A DNA stretch of 64,000 nt, from NCBI GenBank assembly GCA_041821665.1, contig JBGUDT010000006.1, positions 6,249-70,248 of the forward strand, read 5' to 3'. The notes under the pieces were generated by a model. That model saw only the letters and a program-made list of their open reading frames with translations, was not told the DNA's origin and ran no database searches. The stretch comes from Anaerolineales bacterium. Its GTDB lineage: Bacteria > Chloroflexota > Anaerolineae > Anaerolineales > E44-bin32. Positions within the stretch are counted from its first letter, which is position 1; each line of letters begins with the position of its first letter. Below, one piece after another: positions 1 to 9,506 of this stretch. Position numbers and translations under genes: made by a program.

Positions 1-99
1 GAAACAGAGGAGGGCACATATGCGCAAGGGCACAAAAGCGCAAAGGCAAAAGGGAATCAATACACCGGGGAGGGCGGGGTCAGGGAAAGAGTCTTAATA

Positions 100-176
100 G
101 ATGGAGGCCACCCCCGTCCCCCGCTTGCTATTCTTCCCTGCAAGCTAAAGGGTATTCTGGCCTTTTCCCATAAATT
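100..176 (-). repeat. Copy C of a ~60-100 nt intergenic repeat family; shares the 5' ~55 nt core with copies at 4144-4244 and 10798-10895
   Basis: The reverse complement reads tgggaaaaggccagaataccctttagcttgcagggaagaatagcaagcggggg. This aligns by eye to gggaaaaagccagcatatcc...gatgaatgacaaggcggggg at 4149 and to the reverse complement of 10830-10892. Confidence 0.6.
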
Positions 177-242
177 ACAAAGGTTGATTTGAAAGGTATT
201 TTTCCTTTTATATGAAGCAAAAATAGGTGATTTTTAGGCTGT

Positions 243-1298
243 GTGGTAGAATCATATTTCATGGAAAAATTGAATATGAACAGCGAAAAACGCCCCATTG
301 GCGTGTTCGCTTCGTTGATGGCTGGGTTTGATCGGATTGCTGGAAATCCCATCTTGATCATACCGCCACTGCTTCTTGATCTCTATCTCTGGTTTGGCCC
401 ACACCTGAAGATATCAACGCTCATCACGCAGTTTATGACGGATGTATATCGCACACCGGGTGTGGAGTCCTTGAACAGTGAACAGCTTGTCTTCCTGCGA
501 GAATCGATGACGGTACTTGGAGAGCGATACAACCTATTCTCAAATCTGAGCAGCATACCTGCCGGGATACCATTCAATATCATGTTTGCCATCCTGGCGA
601 GTTTTCTCATCGGCCTACCAAGCCTCATGGCACTGAGGATGCCGGTAACAACGCCGCTCGGTTTGCCCATCTCGTATGACCTTCAAGACCCGGTACTCGT
701 TGTATCACTCTGGCTTGTGTTCGGTTTGGTTGGGTTGGGTTTGGGCGGTCTGTATCATCGGAATTTAGCCAAACAGCTTGCCCCTGAAACAAATTTTGCC
801 AGTGGGTGGACGATTTGGATACGCTTAATCATTCTCGCGGTTCTTGGCTATCTAGTCGTCTTTATCTTTTTTACAGCATCTGCGCTAATCGGAGGCGAGG
901 CAGGAATAATGTATGTCGCACTTCCGATAGCATTCATCGCCGGCATGTACCTGGCGTTCACCCCTCACGGCATTGTGAGATTCAGATACGGTATTTTTAG
1001 AGCCATAAGAGAAAGTGTTCGACTGGTGAGATGGAACTTCTTTCCTGCCGTGGGCTACATTTTTATTGCGTTCATGGTTATGTGGGTGACGACGACCCAG
1101 ATTTGGGTGCTCCCAGATGAAGATTCCTGGTTCATGTTGTTGGCAATGCTGGGCCATGCTTTTCTGAGCGCGACACTGCTCGCCGGGAGTTACGCCTTTT
1201 TTCAAGACCGACACTCCTGGCTCACAGAAGGCTTGCCTGCTAAACGAGCAGAATCTTTGAATGAAGAATCTTCTGAAGGAGAATCTGCCGATACATGA
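243..1298 (+). CDS. Polytopic integral membrane protein, function unknown
   Basis: 351-aa ORF with multiple hydrophobic helices (ILIIPPLLLDLYLWFG, LVVSLWLVFGLVGLGLGG, LIILAVLGYLVVFIFF, FIAFMVMWVTT) and an acidic C-tail. No family recognised. The start could be GTG243 or ATG261. Confidence 0.6.
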   Translation: MVESYFMEKLNMNSEKRPIGVFASLMAGFDRIAGNPILIIPPLLLDLYLWFGPHLKISTLITQFMTDVYRTPGVESLNSEQLVFLRESMTVLGERYNLFSNLSSIPAGIPFNIMFAILASFLIGLPSLMALRMPVTTPLGLPISYDLQDPVLVVSLWLVFGLVGLGLGGLYHRNLAKQLAPETNFASGWTIWIRLIILAVLGYLVVFIFFTASALIGGEAGIMYVALPIAFIAGMYLAFTPHGIVRFRYGIFRAIRESVRLVRWNFFPAVGYIFIAFMVMWVTTTQIWVLPDEDSWFMLLAMLGHAFLSATLLAGSYAFFQDRHSWLTEGLPAKRAESLNEESSEGESADT

Positions 1299-1332
1299 GG
1301 ATGGCAGCCGGGAGGAATTGGCTAATAAATGA

Positions 1333-3321
<1,989 letters not shown>

Positions 3322-3340
3322 GACGTTCACACGTAATTAA

Positions 3341-3375
3341 AAAGCTCCTGGGGAAGGGATCAACTCAGGAGCTTT
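3341..3375. terminator. Hairpin between convergent gyrB and the nfu-like gene (candidate bidirectional terminator)
   Basis: aaagctcctg (3341-3350) pairs with caggagcttt (3366-3375). The hairpin has A/T-rich flanks and lies between two convergent stop codons. Confidence 0.5.
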
Positions 3376-3395
3376 CTCATTAAATGGGGAAGGTT

Positions 3396-3986
3396 TTATC
3401 CAAGAGCAGATTCGCCGCTTTTCGCTTCGTAAAATGGTTGGTCCCCCGAAGCATGGTCCGTCAGGTCGACGATATTCTGTACTTCTGAGACGGATTCACG
3501 GATCATCACCTCGACGCCTTGCTTGAGGGTTACATCAACTAAGCCACATCCCTGGCAACCGCCTCCAAAAGCGATGTAAGCAGTATCTTCCTTATATTCA
3601 ACAAGAGAAACAAAGCCGCCGTGGGAGGAGATCCCCGGGTTGACCTTGGAATCAAGAACATCCTGGATGGATTGCGCGGTCGGGTCTTCCCAGAGGGGAT
3701 TGGGATTATCCACCGAGAATCCTCGCTGGAAATTATCGTCCTTGTAATCAACGGTCGAACCTTCAAGGTTCTGGGCGCTGTTCTGATCGATGAGCACGTG
3801 GAAGGCATCCATGTTCAGCTCAATGTCATCGGGCGATTTCTCGTCAGCGGGTACAAAACGGAGCGAGTAAAGAAAGCCGCCAGGTCCTCTGCCCATGATT
3901 TGCATTCGCAGCATCATATCTTCCTGGGCTTTTGCTTCGATGATCTCTGTGATCTTTTCCCGGGCAGCCTCAGTAAACTCGACCAT
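3396..3986 (-). CDS. NfuA-type Fe-S cluster assembly/carrier protein (degenerate A-type N-domain + NifU-like C-domain)
   Basis: 196 aa. The N-terminal HesB/IscA-like fold lacks the Cys triad (EAAREKITEII...LRMQIMGRGPGGFLYSL). The C-terminal Nfu domain carries CxxC (IAFGGGCQGCGLVDVTLKQGVE). Confidence 0.85.
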   Translation of the reverse strand: MVEFTEAAREKITEIIEAKAQEDMMLRMQIMGRGPGGFLYSLRFVPADEKSPDDIELNMDAFHVLIDQNSAQNLEGSTVDYKDDNFQRGFSVDNPNPLWEDPTAQSIQDVLDSKVNPGISSHGGFVSLVEYKEDTAYIAFGGGCQGCGLVDVTLKQGVEVMIRESVSEVQNIVDLTDHASGDQPFYEAKSGESALG

Positions 3987-4099
3987 TTTTCCCTCCAGAC
4001 TGAATTATGGTCAATTATACCGCGATGGAAGGAATGAGAATGCCCAAAAACCGGGATTTCCTCCATTCATCCGACAAGAAATAATATTTATGATAAGTA

Positions 4100-4128
4100 T
4101 TGACTATATTTTTTAAACGTGCTAGCAT
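4100..4128 (+). promoter_or_regulatory. Candidate sigma-70 promoter for the sigma-factor gene
   Basis: TTGACT (4100-4105), a 17-nt spacer, then TAGCAT (4123-4128). It sits in the AT-rich divergent region between the nfu-like and sigma genes. Confidence 0.45.
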
Positions 4129-4143
4129 GAGGCCAAGACAGTG

Positions 4144-4244
4144 ATTATGGGAAAAAGCCAGCATATCCAGTAGGTACTGCGGGGATGAATGACAAGGCGG
4201 GGGGGTTTTTCCTTAGAAGATCGTGCTACGGGGTTCTTTATTCG
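4144..4244 (+). repeat. Copy A of the ~100-nt repeat family, located in the 5' leader of the sigma-factor gene
   Basis: Aligns over ~100 nt with the reverse complement of 10798-10895 (ggaaaaagccag..gatgaatgacaag..gggggg..tcctt.gaagatcgtgct...gttctt.a.tcg). The core is also present at 100-176. Confidence 0.65.
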
Positions 4245-4265
4245 AAGGTATCGTGGGGTGTGAAA

Positions 4266-5177
4266 ATGAATGGTCAGTCTGTTGGTAGGTTTGATACGAA
4301 CGCCTTAAGTCACGAATATATCGAAGAGATTACAAAAACGCCTCTGCTCACCGCCGAGGAGGAAATCAACCTTTCAGGACGGATCCGGCTGGCTCGTGAA
4401 GCGCGAGAGCAACTTGCTAAGGGAGTTAGTCAAGGTGAAAAAGCGTCCTTGAGTAGCATTATCGAGGATGGCGCTGCAGCCCGTGAGCACCTGCTCATGG
4501 CCAACACTCGTCTCGTGATTAGTGTGGCCAAACGATACACTGATCGTGGGATCCCATTTCTCGATCTCGTCCATGAAGGCATCATCGGCTTAATCCGGGC
4601 GACAAAGAAGTTCAATCCTGGGATGGGCAATCGGTTCAGCACATATGCCACCTGGTGGATCCGGCAGGCCATCACCCGAGCAATTGATAATCAGGGACGA
4701 ACAATTCGATTACCCGTGCATAAAAATGTTGAGATAAACCGTTTATCTGCTGCGAGAAATCGTCTCCTTCAAGATATGGGGCGCAATCCCACGATTGAAG
4801 AATTAGCACAAACGCTCGAACGCACTCAAGAAGAGATCCACGATATTTTACGGATTGGACAAGCGCCGATTTCATTGGAAACTCCCCAGGATGAAGACGA
4901 CGGGCGTGTGCTCGGTGATTCGCTTCCCGATGTCGATATGCCATCCCCGGAAGAGTCCACGACCCGATCCTTGATGCAGGAACAGGTGCGCGCCGTCATC
5001 GATGCACTTCCCATGAGGGAAGCCCAGGTCTTACTTTTAAGATACGGCTTCCACGACGGAAAATCGCATACGCTTCAGGAAGTAGGTGATCGCATGGGGA
5101 TCACGCGTGAACGCGTTCGACAGATAGAAAATCAGGCGCTCACCAAACTTCGCGTGACGGGAGACCGCATCAACTAA
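4266..5177 (+). CDS. RNA polymerase sigma factor, sigma-70 (RpoD/SigA-like) family
   Basis: Regions 1.2 through 4 are recognisable (PLLTAEEEINLS, NTRLVISVAKRYTDRGIPFLDLVHEGIIGLIRATKKFNP, FSTYATWWIRQAITRAI, TLQEVGDRMGITRERVRQIE). I chose ATG4266 as the start because the upstream in-frame part (4185-4265) lies inside a repeat element. Confidence 0.9.
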   Translation: MNGQSVGRFDTNALSHEYIEEITKTPLLTAEEEINLSGRIRLAREAREQLAKGVSQGEKASLSSIIEDGAAAREHLLMANTRLVISVAKRYTDRGIPFLDLVHEGIIGLIRATKKFNPGMGNRFSTYATWWIRQAITRAIDNQGRTIRLPVHKNVEINRLSAARNRLLQDMGRNPTIEELAQTLERTQEEIHDILRIGQAPISLETPQDEDDGRVLGDSLPDVDMPSPEESTTRSLMQEQVRAVIDALPMREAQVLLLRYGFHDGKSHTLQEVGDRMGITRERVRQIENQALTKLRVTGDRIN

Positions 5178-5205
5178 CAAAACATTGGCGCCAATAGGTG
5201 TGATT

Positions 5206-5244
5206 ATTATCCCGGATACTCCCAGTATTCGGGATACTTTTTTT
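5206..5244 (+). terminator. Rho-independent terminator built from a tandem 15-mer palindrome element
   Basis: atcccggatact / agtattcgggat forms a 12-bp stem (one G-U pair) with a 3-nt loop, followed by a T7 run (5238-5244). It lies 30 nt after the sigma gene stop. A near-identical 33-bp element occurs at 35481-35513. Confidence 0.75.
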
Positions 5245-5317
5245 GGAGATGGCGTTAGGTACGATCCCCTGCTGATGTGCAACTTTTTAGATGGATAAGG
5301 TGTAGTACTCTATAAGC

Positions 5318-5869
5318 ATGGAAGGTCCCTCTGACAGGAGTCTCGTTCTACGGACGCGTCAAGGCGATGATGAAGCGTACGGTGATTTGGTTTCTCGCCA
5401 CCAAAACCCGGTCTTCAATGTTTGCTATCGACTTATGGGTGAACGTAGAGAAGCTGAGGATATGAGCCAGGATGCATTCATCAGAGCCTACGCAAGACTG
5501 GATACGTTTGATGTTGAACGTCCATTTGGTCCGTGGATTCGACGGGTGGCGACCAACGTGTGCTTGAACCGGATCAAGAAGTTCAAACCCGGTCAGTACC
5601 AACTGGATGATGAGTTTGATGAGCCTACCGATAGGCGTAATCCTGGTCCTGAAGATCAGCGCATCCGAGTTGAGCGAGAGATCTCGGTCAGAAGTGCAAT
5701 TGTTGAGCTGCCCCCTCATTATCGAGCCGTGATCGAACTGAGACATTTTCAGGACCTCACCTATGCTGAGATTTCTGAGACGCTCGGAATTCCGATGAGT
5801 GATGTAAAGAGTCATCTCTATCGTGCTCGACGTGAACTTGCAGAAAGGCTCAATGTCAATGGCGAATAA
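5318..5869 (+). CDS. ECF (sigma-24/RpoE-like) sigma factor
   Basis: 183 aa. Region 2 (FNVCYRLMGERREAEDMSQDAFIRAY...PFGPWIRRVATNVCLNRIKK) and the region 4 HTH (LTYAEISETLGIPMSDVKSHLYRARREL) are present. Confidence 0.9.
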   Translation: MEGPSDRSLVLRTRQGDDEAYGDLVSRHQNPVFNVCYRLMGERREAEDMSQDAFIRAYARLDTFDVERPFGPWIRRVATNVCLNRIKKFKPGQYQLDDEFDEPTDRRNPGPEDQRIRVEREISVRSAIVELPPHYRAVIELRHFQDLTYAEISETLGIPMSDVKSHLYRARRELAERLNVNGE

Positions 5870-6452
5870 CACACACGTCCACCCTGAAGAAGACCGTCTA
5901 CACGAATACCTTGACGAACTCTTAAATTCTGAAGAGCGACTAGAGCTTGAAGCTCATACATCATCTTGCGAGCAGTGTGCCAGGGAACTTGAACGATTGT
6001 CGGGGGTATTCTCTGAATTATCTTTATTAGCGGAGATTCCCCTTGAAGCGGATCTATCGAGGGCGGTATTAGAGACCATCCATGAGAATGCTCGTCGTCG
6101 TGCAGGCGTACGAATAGCTATAGCGCTTCAGATCAGCCTGCTCCTGCTAATCACCTTCTTTATTGGTCCAAATATCTATTCCTTCTTGACGCGCCTATCA
6201 GGACTTCTCGAACCTTCAACTGTGTCAACCTGGCTTTTGGAGAGTTTTATCCTCTTCCAGGCGAGCATTGGTCTCTCGTTACAGAGCATTAGGCATGAGT
6301 TGGTTGAGCTTCTAGAGTTCAATTTTCTTCTCGACCAATTCTCCATACAAACGACACATCTGATCAGCCTTGTCGGTGGAGTTTTTATCTTGTGGTTGAT
6401 AGGGAACACAGTGTTGTTTCGTGATTCAAGCCGATTTAAACGATTTTTATAA
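5859..6452 (+). CDS. Membrane-anchored anti-sigma factor (zf-HC2 type)
   Basis: H-x3-C-x2-C motif (HTSSCEQCARELERL), then TM helices (IAIALQISLLLLITFFIG; LISLVGGVFILWLIG). The ATG overlaps the ECF sigma stop (atggcgaataa), indicating translational coupling. Confidence 0.8.
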   Translation: MANNTHVHPEEDRLHEYLDELLNSEERLELEAHTSSCEQCARELERLSGVFSELSLLAEIPLEADLSRAVLETIHENARRRAGVRIAIALQISLLLLITFFIGPNIYSFLTRLSGLLEPSTVSTWLLESFILFQASIGLSLQSIRHELVELLEFNFLLDQFSIQTTHLISLVGGVFILWLIGNTVLFRDSSRFKRFL

Positions 6453-6519
6453 CAGGCAAAAATCAATAATAAAGTGGGATGTTGTTTTTTGAATAACGTG
6501 GAGAAAAAAGGAGCAAATA

Positions 6520-7029
6520 ATGGATCAAGGATTCGCAATTATCTTCATCGCCATTGGGGTAGGTATCTCACTGGTTGCGTTTTTTACAGTCGTAAATATC
6601 CTCTTCGGCAGCCTGGTGACCAGGATCGAAGAGAAATCGGATGAATCACCTGGGAGATCTTTCTTCCTGGGCTTGCTTAACACCGCCTTCATCGCCGTGC
6701 TCTCTTTGGCGTTATGGTCGATCGCAGAAAACTCGGGCATTAGCATCCTTGCAGTTCCATCCCTCTTTCTCCTCGCCCTGTTCGCCGTCGGCGTGATTTT
6801 GGGCGGTACTGCCCTGGTCCGTACGATAGGGAAACGCCTTTACCCGGATCGGGAGGAGCGCACGCAGATGTTGTGGGGAGGCTTAATCACGGTGCTTGCC
6901 TGTGTGGTCCCCTATATCGGATGGTTCTTGCTCCTACCCTACCTGCTTCTTCGCGGGTTCGGTGCTTTCTTGATGACTTTAATGGCAGCGTATCGAGCTC
7001 GACGTGCACCTGCTGTTGAGACTGAATAA
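6520..7029 (+). CDS. 4-TM membrane protein, unknown function (paralog of 7447-7959)
   Basis: 169 aa with an AAGGAG RBS. It shares motif order with the next gene: TM1, then V(T/E)(R/K)xE...SP(G/W)(R/K)SF(F/W)LGL, TM2, TM3, G(K/R)R, GG(L/I), (V/F)P(Y/I)(I/V)GWFL(L/V)xP. Confidence 0.65.
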   Translation: MDQGFAIIFIAIGVGISLVAFFTVVNILFGSLVTRIEEKSDESPGRSFFLGLLNTAFIAVLSLALWSIAENSGISILAVPSLFLLALFAVGVILGGTALVRTIGKRLYPDREERTQMLWGGLITVLACVVPYIGWFLLLPYLLLRGFGAFLMTLMAAYRARRAPAVETE

Positions 7030-7446
7030 GCTTGGTCATGATCGAAGATTTCAGCACCTAAGTGGTTTATCGAAGACCACTTCCTCCGGGAGGATTGAAG
7101 ACCTTTGCGGATAGGAGAGGTACATTACAACCATGTAATGCATAATCAAAAACCACGCTGCTATTCTGATAGATCTTTCTTTGTACAAAAGGCTCAAAGA
7201 AATCGAATGCCTTGCATGAAGCATTCGATGTTTAAATGGATCCATATTCTTCTAACACTTCTCGTTATCCACAAATGCATCCTATCGGAACGAGGCCCTA
7301 CCAGCACATAATCATAGAATCGCAGTCGATTCTCCTCATCGAGTAATTCGCTAGATTCTTCTTCCACAGTCAAAACCGCGACATTTTCCAATCTCTTGCT
7401 GTAGTCCTATCAAATACCACGTCACTTTTTAGTGAAAGGATTGATC

Positions 7447-7959
7447 ATGTCTGATGTATACGCAGTTTTTGGAACTCTGCTTGCTCTGGGGATCGCATTT
7501 CCCGGGTTGCTCACAGCGTTCTGGCTGCTCTTCCCAGCCATCGTTGAGAAGACGGAAATGAGAATCGAGTCCGCACCCTGGAAGAGTTTCTGGCTCGGAT
7601 TGGGTTCGGCGATCGGCATTGGGGTACCAGTCGTGGTCCTGTTCAATCTTCCCCTCGGCGGGCTCCAGTTTCTCGGGTTTATGATCTTGTTGCTGGTTTT
7701 GGGGATTTCTACATTTGGCGCTGCCGGGATAGCGCTCCTCATGGGTAGGCGCATCCATGATCATTCTAATCATGGATTAAGCGCCACGAGGAGTTTCGTG
7801 TTTGGGGGGATCGCGCTTGCGCTTGCCGCGGCTTTCCCCATCGTGGGTTGGTTCCTGGTTATTCCCGCTTCACTCTTTATCTCGCTTGGCAGTTCGCTAT
7901 TCGTCTTGTTCAGAAAGCCTGGGACCAGCGGACAAATCGCCGAGTCAGCGGCAGATTGA
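7447..7959 (+). CDS. 4-TM membrane protein, unknown function (paralog of 6520-7029)
   Basis: ATG7447 is preceded by AAAGGA. The topology and conserved motifs (SAPWKSFWLGLG; FPIVGWFLVIP) match those of 6520-7029. Confidence 0.65.
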   Translation: MSDVYAVFGTLLALGIAFPGLLTAFWLLFPAIVEKTEMRIESAPWKSFWLGLGSAIGIGVPVVVLFNLPLGGLQFLGFMILLLVLGISTFGAAGIALLMGRRIHDHSNHGLSATRSFVFGGIALALAAAFPIVGWFLVIPASLFISLGSSLFVLFRKPGTSGQIAESAAD

Positions 7960-7970
7960 GGGGGAGACAG

Positions 7971-9458
7971 GTGCTCAACCGGAGAGCGTTTCTCCGAGCG
8001 GCTGGATTGGGAGCGGCGGGATCGCTGGCTGTCGCATGTACACCCATCTACCGCGAACTTGCCGGAGATACTGCAGAGTCTGGCGATTTCACAGAAACCC
8101 CTCTCTCTGACTTTCGCGCTTTGAGCAGGATGACATTCGGCGCCAGATTTGTGGACCGGCAGTTTGTGCTGATGCATGGTCTCAGCGCGTGGATTGAAGA
8201 GCAGCTAGATCCTGATACTATCGATGATTCCTCTGTTGAGTGGAGATTGCGATCACTGGAATCCCTGAAACTACCTCCCAAGGATGTTGAAGCCTGGGAG
8301 GAAAATGATGTGGTCGCTGAACTCTCACAGTCTGCGATTCTCAGAGCCACGTACAGCAACCGCCAACTATTTGAAGTGATGGTCCGGTTCTGGAGCGATC
8401 ATTTCAATATCTCCGTAGAAAAGGGAGAATGCTGGTTGTTGAAACCGACCGATGAGCGCGAAGTCATCCGTCCCCATACATTCGGTAGGTTCGAGGAATT
8501 GCTGGGCGCATCTGCACACTCTCCTGCCATGCTGGTGTACCTTGATAATCAGGCGAACATATGGGAAGCCCCGAATGAGAATTATGCCCGTGAAGTCTTG
8601 GAGCTTCATACGCTGGGGGTTGAGGGGGGCTACTCTCAAGATGATGTGATGGAGTTGGCCCGTATGCTCACGGGTTGGCGTGTGAAGGAACACTTCTGGA
8701 AGGGTGAGTTTACCTTTGAGGAAGATTGGCACGATCCCGGTGTGAAGACTTTCATGGGGGATGGGATCTCTCCAGCAGATATTCGGGAGGCGGAAGCTGT
8801 GCTGCTGTCCTTAGCGAACGCGCCGTCCACGGCTCGCCATATTTCGATAAAGTTGATACGTCGCTTTGTTTGTGATGATCCAGAACACGAGGCGCGGGAG
8901 CTGATCGAACGTGCCGCACGAACTTTCCTGGAAACTCGAGGGGATATCCAACAGGTGGTGAGGTTGATTCTATTGGATGGTCTATCCTCCCTGCCCGAGA
9001 CCCGGTTGCCGAAATTCAAACGACCCTTTGAATATGTCGTTTCCGCGTTACGGCTGCTCGGTGCTGATACTGATGGTGGAGCCCCGATTCAGGAGTATCT
9101 ACGGGTCATGGGTCAACCGCTCTACGCCTGGCCGACTCCGGATGGACCCGCTGATGATGCTTCTGCATGGGTGACTAATTTGCTTCCTAGATGGAATTTC
9201 GCGTTGGATCTTGTCGATGGCAACCTCGAAGGGACGGAGTTCCATCCTCGGGATTTTGTCCGCTCCCTTCTCGACGATCCTTCAGACGATTCCCTCGATC
9301 GTCTCTCCCACCTACTTATTGGTGAAGGTCCAAACCAAAGAATTAGCGATATCAAATTTGCCCACCTCCGCGCCGGGGATGAGGAGGATCTCGTGGATGA
9401 AGCTGCTTTTCTGACGGCAGCCGTCTTGCTTTCTCCCGAGTTCCAATGGCGTGGATAG
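7971..9458 (+). CDS. DUF1800 family protein with Tat signal
   Basis: GTG7971 follows GAGGGGGAGA. The Tat-like N-terminus reads LNRRAFLRAAGLGAAGSLAVA. DUF1800 hallmarks RFWSDHFNIS, VLELHTLGVEGGYSQDDV and ARHISIKLIRRFV are present. Confidence 0.85.
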   Translation: MLNRRAFLRAAGLGAAGSLAVACTPIYRELAGDTAESGDFTETPLSDFRALSRMTFGARFVDRQFVLMHGLSAWIEEQLDPDTIDDSSVEWRLRSLESLKLPPKDVEAWEENDVVAELSQSAILRATYSNRQLFEVMVRFWSDHFNISVEKGECWLLKPTDEREVIRPHTFGRFEELLGASAHSPAMLVYLDNQANIWEAPNENYAREVLELHTLGVEGGYSQDDVMELARMLTGWRVKEHFWKGEFTFEEDWHDPGVKTFMGDGISPADIREAEAVLLSLANAPSTARHISIKLIRRFVCDDPEHEARELIERAARTFLETRGDIQQVVRLILLDGLSSLPETRLPKFKRPFEYVVSALRLLGADTDGGAPIQEYLRVMGQPLYAWPTPDGPADDASAWVTNLLPRWNFALDLVDGNLEGTEFHPRDFVRSLLDDPSDDSLDRLSHLLIGEGPNQRISDIKFAHLRAGDEEDLVDEAAFLTAAVLLSPEFQWRG

Positions 9459-9506
9459 GCGTGAAAATAAACGGCATTAACCTCGATTGAGGAGGCATAG
9501 AGTGGT

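Noticed and set aside
4185-4265. N-terminal extension of the sigma factor (MNDKAGGFFLRRSCYGVLYSKVSWGVK) given by the ORF track.
   Set aside because: This segment lies inside repeat copy A. The same pseudo-peptide (MNDKRGGFLERSCCRVLHS) is produced by copy B on the other strand in a non-coding context. The homologous sigma sequence starts after ATG4266.
7194-7391. 65-aa minus-strand ORF (MENVAVLTVEEESSELLDEENRL...) in the AT-rich spacer.
   Set aside because: It has no convincing RBS and no recognisable family. It lies in a hairpin-rich non-coding-looking region. It is kept only as a note under the spacer finding.
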